In this document: in pieces, positions 53,516 to 64,000 of the stretch
Layout: each line of letters opens with the position of its first letter
Numbering within the stretch: position 1 is the first letter of the stretch
Origin: Eledone cirrhosa
Lineage: Eukaryota
Assembly (NCBI GenBank): GCA_964016885.1
Contig: OZ024742.1
Span: 21,700,001-21,764,000, forward strand
Length of the DNA: 64,000 bases
Direction of reading: 5' to 3'
Position numbers and translations under genes: made by a program
Notes under the pieces: model-generated
The model's database searches: none
What the model saw: the letters and a program-made list of their open reading frames with translations, nothing else
Told to the model about the DNA's origin: nothing

Positions 53516-54230
53516 AAAAGTATGACCTCGACGGCAGAACTCAAGCCGTTTCGACGGCTATTTCTGGACTGAAATAGCCGGCGAAACGGCTTGAGCTCTG
53601 CCCTCGGAGTCATACTTGTAGTGACCGACATTCCGCGGGCTCACATACATTCTCTATGCGTGATTTGGCTCAGTTCAGCCAATCCCTACGCGCCCTGAGG
53701 AAGAAATTCCCCGCGAAGATTTGAAGAATCTCTCTCTTGTACCTGAAACTTCGAGCCAGCAACACGCATAATGTAACGGTGAGATATTGCAGCCTAGCCC
53801 CGCCGGCTTTTCGGCGCAATGGCACATTCCCTTTTGTAACCTCTTTTTATCTGTAACTTCAACCATATAAGTTAACAAACATTGTTTGTGCTACATCAAA
53901 AATAAACATACATTTCATCTCTAATTACTGCTGTTGAAATCATTATTATGTTACTCGTGTCTCAATAACATCTATAATCCATGCTGCTGGAATTGGCGAC
54001 CTGACGAAAGGAATATTGAAAATAGATGGTAAATAGATCGAGGGATCTTCCCTCACGTCTATGTCAACAAGATAATCCAACGAGGATACTATCACTAACC
54101 ACACTGGCAACTAATGAACTTTCATTTTACATCCTGCTAAATACTTTTTCCTATTATCCACTCTACTACCCTAAGTATTGATTACTCTGGTGCGTTATGG
54201 TCCATCTGGTTCCTTACCAAAATTCCTTCG

Positions 54231-54319
<89 letters not shown>

Positions 54320-54439
54320 TATAGACATAGAATATTCGAAAATATTCTGTATGTTTATAATAAACATTTTGAAGACCTAATCGCTATAGAATAGAATACG
54401 TCACGTATTACAATTAGATTCTCGATAAAAGCAAGGGAA

Positions 54440-54482
54440 GTAATCTACGCGTTTCATTCTTGTTAGAAATCATCAGGACTAC
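54440..54482 (-). ncRNA. Type I hammerhead ribozyme (array copy 1)
   Basis: GUAGUC CUGAUGA U UUCU AACA AGAA U GAAA CGCG UA GAUUAC. Confidence 0.9.
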
Positions 54483-54749
54483 ATATCCAGTGCTTTTATC
54501 GAGAATGACACAGCTAGAGACTTATAGAATACTTAGCTGTGTACAGGAACTGGTTTGAAAGAGCGGTTGCCGGTCCGGCAGAAATTAGAAATTGGAATAA
54601 ATGCTCTGAAATAGCGATATATATGTGAATATAGACATAGAATATTCGAAAATATTCTGTATGTTTATAATAAACATTTTGAAGACCTAATCGCTATAGA
54701 ATAGAATACGTCACGTATTACAATTAGATTCTCGATAAAAGCAAGGGAA

Positions 54750-54792
54750 GTAATCTACGCGTTTCATTCTTGTTAGAAATCATCAGGACTAC
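54750..54792 (-). ncRNA. Type I hammerhead ribozyme (array copy 2)
   Basis: Same motif, +310. Confidence 0.9.
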
Positions 54793-55059
54793 ATATCCAG
54801 TGCTTTTATCGAGAATGACACAGCTAGAGACTTATAGAATACTTAGCTGTGTACAGGAACTGGTTTGAAAGAGCGGTTGCCGGTCCGGCAGAAATTAGAA
54901 ATTGGAATAAATGCTCTGAAATAGCGATATATATGTGAATATAGACATAGAATATTCGAAAATATTCTGTATGTTTATAATAAACATTTTGAAGACCTAA
55001 TCGCTATAGAATAGAATACGTCACGTATTACAATTAGATTCTCGATAAAAGCAAGGGAA

Positions 55060-55102
55060 GTAATCTACGCGTTTCATTCTTGTTAGAAATCATCAGGACT
55101 AC
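55060..55102 (-). ncRNA. Type I hammerhead ribozyme (array copy 3)
   Basis: Same motif, +620. Confidence 0.9.
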
Positions 55103-55369
55103 ATATCCAGTGCTTTTATCGAGAATGACACAGCTAGAGACTTATAGAATACTTAGCTGTGTACAGGAACTGGTTTGAAAGAGCGGTTGCCGGTCCGGCA
55201 GAAATTAGAAATTGGAATAAATGCTCTGAAATAGCGATATATATGTGAATATAGACATAGAATATTCGAAAATATTCTGTATGTTTATAATAAACATTTT
55301 GAAGACCTAATCGCTATAGAATAGAATACGTCACGTATTACAATTAGATTCTCGATAAAAGCAAGGGAA

Positions 55370-55412
55370 GTAATCTACGCGTTTCATTCTTGTTAGAAAT
55401 CATCAGGACTAC
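55370..55412 (-). ncRNA. Type I hammerhead ribozyme (array copy 4)
   Basis: Same motif, +930. Confidence 0.9.
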
Positions 55413-55679
55413 ATATCCAGTGCTTTTATCGAGAATGACACAGCTAGAGACTTATAGAATACTTAGCTGTGTACAGGAACTGGTTTGAAAGAGCGGTTGC
55501 CGGTCCGGCAGAAATTAGAAATTGGAATAAATGCTCTGAAATAGCGATATATATGTGAATATAGACATAGAATATTCGAAAATATTCTGTATGTTTATAA
55601 TAAACATTTTGAAGACCTAATCGCTATAGAATAGAATACGTCACGTATTACAATTAGATTCTCGATAAAAGCAAGGGAA

Positions 55680-55722
55680 GTAATCTACGCGTTTCATTCT
55701 TGTTAGAAATCATCAGGACTAC
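55680..55722 (-). ncRNA. Type I hammerhead ribozyme (array copy 5)
   Basis: Same motif, +1240. Confidence 0.9.
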
Positions 55723-56265
55723 ATATCCAGTGCTTTTATCGAGAATGACACAGCTAGAGACTTATAGAATACTTAGCTGTGTACAGGAACTGGTTTGAAA
55801 GAGCGGTTGCCGGTCCGGCAGAAATTAGAAATTGGAATAAATGCTCTGAAATAGCGATATATATGTGAATATAGACATAGAATATTCGAAAATATTCTGT
55901 ATGTTTATAATAAACATTTTGAAGACCTAATCGCTATAGAATAGAATACGTCACGTATTACAATTAGATTCTCGATAAAAGCAAGGGAAGTAATCTACTT
56001 CCCTTGCTTTTATCGAGAATCTAATTGTAATACGTGACGTATTCTATTCTATAGCGATTAGGTCTTCAAAATGTTTATTATAAACATACAGAATATTTTC
56101 GAATATTCTATGTCTATATTCACATATATATCGCTATTTCAGAGCATTTATTCCAATTTCTAATTTCTGCCGGACCGGCAACCGCTCTTTCAAACCAGTT
56201 CCTGTACACAGCTAAGTATTCTATAAGTCTCTAGCTGTGTCATTCTCGATAAAAGCACTGGATAT

Positions 56266-56308
56266 GTAGTCCTGATGATTTCTAACAAGAATGAAACGCG
56301 TAGATTAC
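56266..56308 (+). ncRNA. Type I hammerhead ribozyme (inverted arm copy)
   Basis: GTAGTC CTGATGA TTTCTAACAAGAAT GAAA CGCG TA GATTAC. Confidence 0.9.
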
Positions 56309-56485
56309 TTCCCTTGCTTTTATCGAGAATCTAATTGTAATACGTGACGTATTCTATTCTATAGCGATTAGGTCTTCAAAATGTTTATTATAAACATACA
56401 GAATATTTTCGAATATTCTATGTCTATATTCACATATATATCGCTATTTCAGAGCATTTATTCCAATATATATATATATATATAT

Positions 56486-59066
<2,581 letters not shown>

Positions 59067-59466
59067 GTGCCAAACTTTGGTATCAAAACCTACCACTCAC
59101 TGCGCCACGGAAGACGCTGCCAGCTACTACCAATCAACAAAAAGGCTGGCCAGGCAGCAAAAACCCTGCGAGAGTCAAGTCTGTTGGTTCGAGGGGCACA
59201 ACTATTCAACTCCATTCCGGTACATGTCAGAAATCTATCAGGATACAGTGTGGAATCATTCAAATTGCAGCTGGATAGATACTTAAGCACCATTAGAGAT
59301 GAACCCCATCTCCCAGGATATACACAACGAGCACAAACTGACTCAAACTCGCTCCTACACATGTCAAAATTAAACAGAGAATCCAACCTGGCAACCACAC
59401 CAGACTCTGAGGGTGGAATCTTCGACTTGGCCTGAGCATGGACTCAAACTCAAATGAAATGAAATG

Positions 59467-59470
<4 letters not shown>
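59067..59470 (+). mobile_element. CR1-group LINE 3' fragment with (TGAAA)n tail
   Basis: SLLVRGAQLFNSIP..VRNL...SVESFK.QLDRYL..IRDEP, typical of a LINE ORF2 C-terminus. Confidence 0.7.
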
Positions 59471-59515
<45 letters not shown>

Positions 59516-60901
59516 TGTATTGATTTCTACAAATAGAATAAACAACAACGCTATATATTGCCATACGTAAATTATCTAAATAACGCTATAAAGAATGTAT
59601 GTATCATATTAGTCAAAAGTTCCCGTACTCATATATGATGATATCTTACATGAAAGAATTGTACTTACATGAACTAAATAATTTTGCCCCAAGGAAAACA
59701 CATATATTCGATCAATTGCAATTAAGAATTTACCATATTTTCCTATTTAATTGTCATTACTTTCTTCATGACCAGAATATATATGAATATCAAATATTGC
59801 ATTTAAGGAAAATTGACATTAATTCTCTTTAACGTCATCGTCCTTCTCTTTCTCTCTCTCTATCCCTTTCCCTACACCCACTCATTAACGCACACACACA
59901 CAAACACACTCACACAAACATATATATATATATATAGGAAAAAGTATGACTCCGACGGCAGAGCTCAAGCTGTTTCGACGGCTATTTCTGGACTAAATTA
60001 GAATTTTTAGCCTGGTGAATAAATAGCCGAACTTGTCAAGAGGGTACTTCCTTATATGGGAAGATTGTAGTTGTCAAGAGGATTGGTTAAAATTTGTTGT
60101 AAACACAAATAAGTCTATCATGGCATTTGGTGGCAGGTAGGGGTGGCTGAACTTACCTGTAGAATAATAGGGGAGTGAGTGGAGCGGTCAAGCGTTGAAA
60201 GTGATATGTATACATCAGATTCTAAGGATAGTGTATGAAGTGGAGGAGGGAGGTTATAGAATAGGTAAATCGAATGAGAGTAGGAGACAATAAAAGAAAA
60301 ATAGAAAGAAATAAAAAAAATATATAAAATTAGATAGTGAGAAATGAATTAAAAAAATCACAATGCTATCTTACAATTACAGGTTAGTAAGATGAGAATA
60401 GAAAAAACTTCTGCCTTCAGGGTCATATTTTTTCCTGTTTCCCACTCTACTACCCTAAGTATTGAGTACTCTGGCACGTTATGGTCCATGTGGTTCCTTA
60501 CCAAAATTCCTCTATTATATATATATATATATATATGCATGAATATATATATATATGTATATATATGCATATATGTATATGTATATATATGCATATATAT
60601 ATATATATATATAATAAATGTAATCTGAGTTTTTCGAATATTAATAATAGCACTCGATTCGTTTGCAATTATACAAACAACCCTCATTTTTAAAGCCACG
60701 TCAGTAGAATGATCACTTCATTTTTGCTCTTGTGTTGGCGTGTAAACAGAACAGCAGACACTAATGTTTCTGGTTATCACTCTCATCAGTAGAGCTCACC
60801 GTTTACCTGCTAACTGTCAGAGCTAGTGAAAATATATGCTATTTTCTCATATTATATTTATTGTATTCAGCCATGTAGAGCCAAAGTTTAAAATACATAC
60901 A

Positions 60902-61003
<102 letters not shown>

Positions 61004-61199
61004 AGTCGTTTGGAAGCCTCGACAATGTAAATGGGTAAATCTCCGGGTAAGAAGATCCGGTGGTAGAGATAGAGATGTAAGTGGGTGTACGTTAAGATGC
61101 ATGGTGTATATAAGACGTGTAGAGGAATGAAGGAAAGAGTATAAAGGATAAAATAAAAATAACAACACGAGAGAGAGTTACCTTGGGAGAGATTTAAGT

Positions 61200-63785
61200 G
61201 TCCCTATATATTTCGGATTCACATCCATCAACCTGGGGTTTTTTTCCGGGGTGGGGGAAAGGTTGTCTGTCGGAAAGGTGCGAAACGCGTCGTCCGCTGT
61301 TTGTTGTTTTGAATATCTGAGGTATTCGGCAGAGCGCGCGTGCGCGTGAAATGGGGTCGGTCTGGCAGAGGTCAGCGGCCGAATGTGGGAGTGGGGTGGC
61401 GCTGTCAGTCCATTCTCTGCCTGTTTCTTAAATGTTACTGTGTGTGTGTACGTGTGTTGTTGTCTCGCTTGAGTGTGTGTGTGTGTGTGTGCGTGTGTTG
61501 TTGCCTTGTTCCTCTGTATTGGCAGTGTAGTATGTTCGTATGGCGAAATGCTACTGTGTGTGTGTGCGTGTGCCTGTGCAGTTGTCTCGTTTGTGTGTGT
61601 GTGTGTGTGTGTGCGTGTGTTGCTGCATCGTTTGTTAACTTAAACCAGCCACTCATTTCGCTTCTCTCGGATCGATTGTTTATTTGCGGTGCCAGGCGTT
61701 TGATAAAAAGCGCTTCTTTGATACGTAACGTGCTGACGTTTCTTTCAGTCGCTAGAATTGTGACAATGGGCCTTCCGTCTTTGTTTCCGCATTTATCTAA
61801 GTGTTTCCGGAAAGACGAGGCCCTAGTGTTAGTGTGTTCCTTGATCCGGATGTGCAAAGGTCGGATTGTGCTACCTATATAGTATTGGTTGCACCTGTCA
61901 CATTCTATCTTATACACGACGTATGTGCGTAGGCAACAGTTCGCATGGCGTATCGGGCAGTCTCTGAGGGAGCACGCGTCAGTAGATTTCCCGGGTTTCC
62001 TGGAGAGGCATCTTCGCAAGGAGGGGCCCGAGTGGGCCAGGTGGATGTCGAGGCCCTCCCTCCGTATAGCCTTGCGGATAGCGTTGGTGGTTTTCTCGCC
62101 CAGGTGTGGCATTTTAAGGAAGCACTTGCCGTGGGTGCCTCTCTGTCTCTTGTGCCTGGCGTCTCCCACTCTGTCTGTGAGCGAGGTAGGGTACCCGTTC
62201 GTCTCCAGCCGCCTCGAGGAATCGCTTGGTATGAGTGACACCATTCGCGGGATCGCTGCATCTGTTTTTGATTCGCGCGATCTCGTTCGTGATGTATCAT
62301 CTTTTGGCACTGTTAGGGAGGGCGGACTTGTAGTGAACGAACAGGTACCTGCAGGCTGCCTTTCGGTAGAAGTTGCAGTGGATCCCTCCCTGTTCCGTGA
62401 TGTTGATTCGGAAGTCGAGGAGGGCAAGTGCCACGTCTTCGTTGGGGTTTTCAACACTGAAGTCAATGTTCTCGTCGGTGTTGTTGAACGTCTCATAGAT
62501 TCTCTTCGCCGTGTCTTGGGAAGATGTGAGGATGAGGATATCATCCACGTACCTTGAGAAAAAGGCGACGGCGTTGGGGTGGCAGGCGTCGAGTGCCTTG
62601 CGCTCGAGGTTGTCCATGTAAGAGACCGCTAGCACACCTTATAGGCTTGATCCCATGGGCAATCCCGAGGTTTGTTGGTATGTTTGGTCAAGGAATCCGA
62701 AGTAGGTGTTGTCGACGACGATGGATAGGAGTTGGTGGATGTCAGTGGTGGTGAGTCCGAAGCAGTGTAGGTCGGTGGATTGGACGCGTTCCAGCTGTAT
62801 ATTGACGGCCGGGAGTGCCGGGACCGAGGTGTAGAGAGCGACTACATCAAGGCTGAAGGCATATCTGTTATTCCTTCTGGTGTCGGGATCCATTTGATGC
62901 AGGCGCTTCAACACCTCCTCGGAGCTGTTAACGTGTCCCGGCAAGGTGTCTAAGATGGGTTTGAGTATTCTGGCTAGGAGCCATGAAATTTTGTAGAGTG
63001 GTACCTCCACGCTCGATAGAATGGGCCTGATCTTCAGGTCGGGTCCCTGCTTGTGTGTTTTCACGAGGTGGTAGAAGGTGGGTCGTCTGCTGTTCCTCGT
63101 GAGGATGTTGTATCTCAGCTTCTTCGGGAGCTTCCGCCGGTCGCAGATGTTGGTCCAGGCGGCGTTGATGTGCTCTTCTATCTGCGGGTGATTCCCGTGA
63201 CCTTGGAGTAGAGGTTGTCATCGTCAAGGTGTTGGAGGGCCAGGGTGTTGTAGGCCTCTCTGCTGATGACGCAGAATTCTTTTCCCTTGTCGGAGGGGAG
63301 ATAGATGAGGTTCTTCGATTTTAGGTTGGAGAGAGTGGTGAGTTGTGATTTGGTGAGATTATGTGTTGTGCGTGTGTGTGTGTGTGTTTGTGAAGTATAT
63401 CCGAGATGGAGTGTTTTAGCCTGATGAGTTTAGTGTCGAGTTCGTGGTTGGTGGGTCGGGGGTGGAGTGGGTTGTCGGGGTGGTAAGTGGGGAACTTGAG
63501 GTGGGTTGCGTGGGCGCTGTTATTTTCTGTGGCACTGTTGATGGCGGTCACCCATTTAAGTTGGTAAGCGGCTCGACAAAAGTTGGCCTCGATGTTGAGT
63601 TTGAGTCTGTCGTAGAGACGTTGTGAAACGATGAACTTGGGTCCGAGGTGTAGGAGTTTCAGCTCGTCGCTCGTGAGAGTGCCGGTTCGGTCGGTGACCA
63701 GGTGCGTCGCATCGTTGAGGTGTGGCTCGGTGTTGGTGGATGCGGCGGTAGCGGTTGTTAAGTTGTTGTTTTCCACGTGGTTCTG
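61200..63785 (-). mobile_element. GC-rich Penelope-like element (RT + C-terminal GIY-YIG), frameshifted
   Basis: LGPKF, PSDKG, KTHK, IRPILS, FSLDVVALYTSVP, QTSGLPMGS, RYVDDIL, LLDFRI, FYRK, VVYKIEC..C...YIGSTIR.LHIRIKEH, LRIKEALFI....PQINNRSE. Confidence 0.92.
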
Positions 63786-64000
63786 GTCCGCCCTCCCTAA
63801 CAGTGCCAAAAGAGGATACATCACGAACGTGATCGCGCGAATCAAAAATAGATGCAGCGATCCCGCGAGTGGTATCACTCATACCAAGCGATTCCTCGAG
63901 GTGCTGGAGACGAACGGGTACCCTACCTCGCTCACAGACAGAGTGGGAGACGCCAGGCACAAAAGACAGAGAGGCACCCAAGGAAAGTGCTTCCTTAAAA
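63786..64000 (+). mobile_element. Inverted second copy of the same PLE (runs off the window)
   Basis: Reverse complement of 62112-62327 with several differences; the reading frame is open (ALPNSAKRGYITNVIARIKNRCS...NGYP...CFLK). Confidence 0.9.

Larger units (their letters stand above)
54317..56466. mobile_element. Retrozyme-like array: 310-bp monomer, ~5.4 tandem copies then ~1.5 inverted copies, between (TA)n tracts
   Basis: Unit starts at 54317, 54627, 54937, 55247, 55557 and 55867; flip at ~55995; the copies look identical by eye; one HHR per monomer. Confidence 0.9.

Noticed and set aside
53690-54035. CTGAGGA and CTGACGA..GAAA words inside the family D element
   Set aside because: No convincing stems I and III
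54317-55995. CRISPR-like or plain satellite interpretation of the 310-bp array
   Set aside because: No unique spacers, no cas genes and a eukaryotic context; the HHR in every unit explains it better
60761-60792. Minus-strand CTA CTGATGA ... GAAACATTAG
   Set aside because: Stem II is unpaired and stem III/cleavage triplet is incomplete

Overview
Repeat-dense, AT-rich eukaryotic non-coding DNA; its SINE/LINE repertoire resembles an octopus (cephalopod mollusc) genome, an inference from remembered repeat motifs. No intact host gene is evident, and most listed ORFs are translated microsatellites. Large elements: a full-length, mildly decayed RTE-clade LINE (12.2-16.1 kb), a near-intact Penelope-like element (PLE) with pseudo-LTRs (16.4-19.8 kb), a decayed R4/Dong-type RLE retrotransposon (24.5-28.6 kb) and a second PLE with an inverted partner (61.2-64 kb). 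There are also many tRNA-derived SINEs, a small Helitron and MITEs. The main hidden signal is a set of unrelated non-coding families carrying type I hammerhead ribozyme (HHR) motifs. They sit in (TA)n tracts as tandem monomers (310, ~440 and ~520-540 bp) and as head-to-head fold-backs. The best case is a ~7-monomer 310-bp array whose inversion junction coincides with the predicted self-cleavage site. This looks like a retrozyme/PLE system that integrates ribozyme RNAs into microsatellites.
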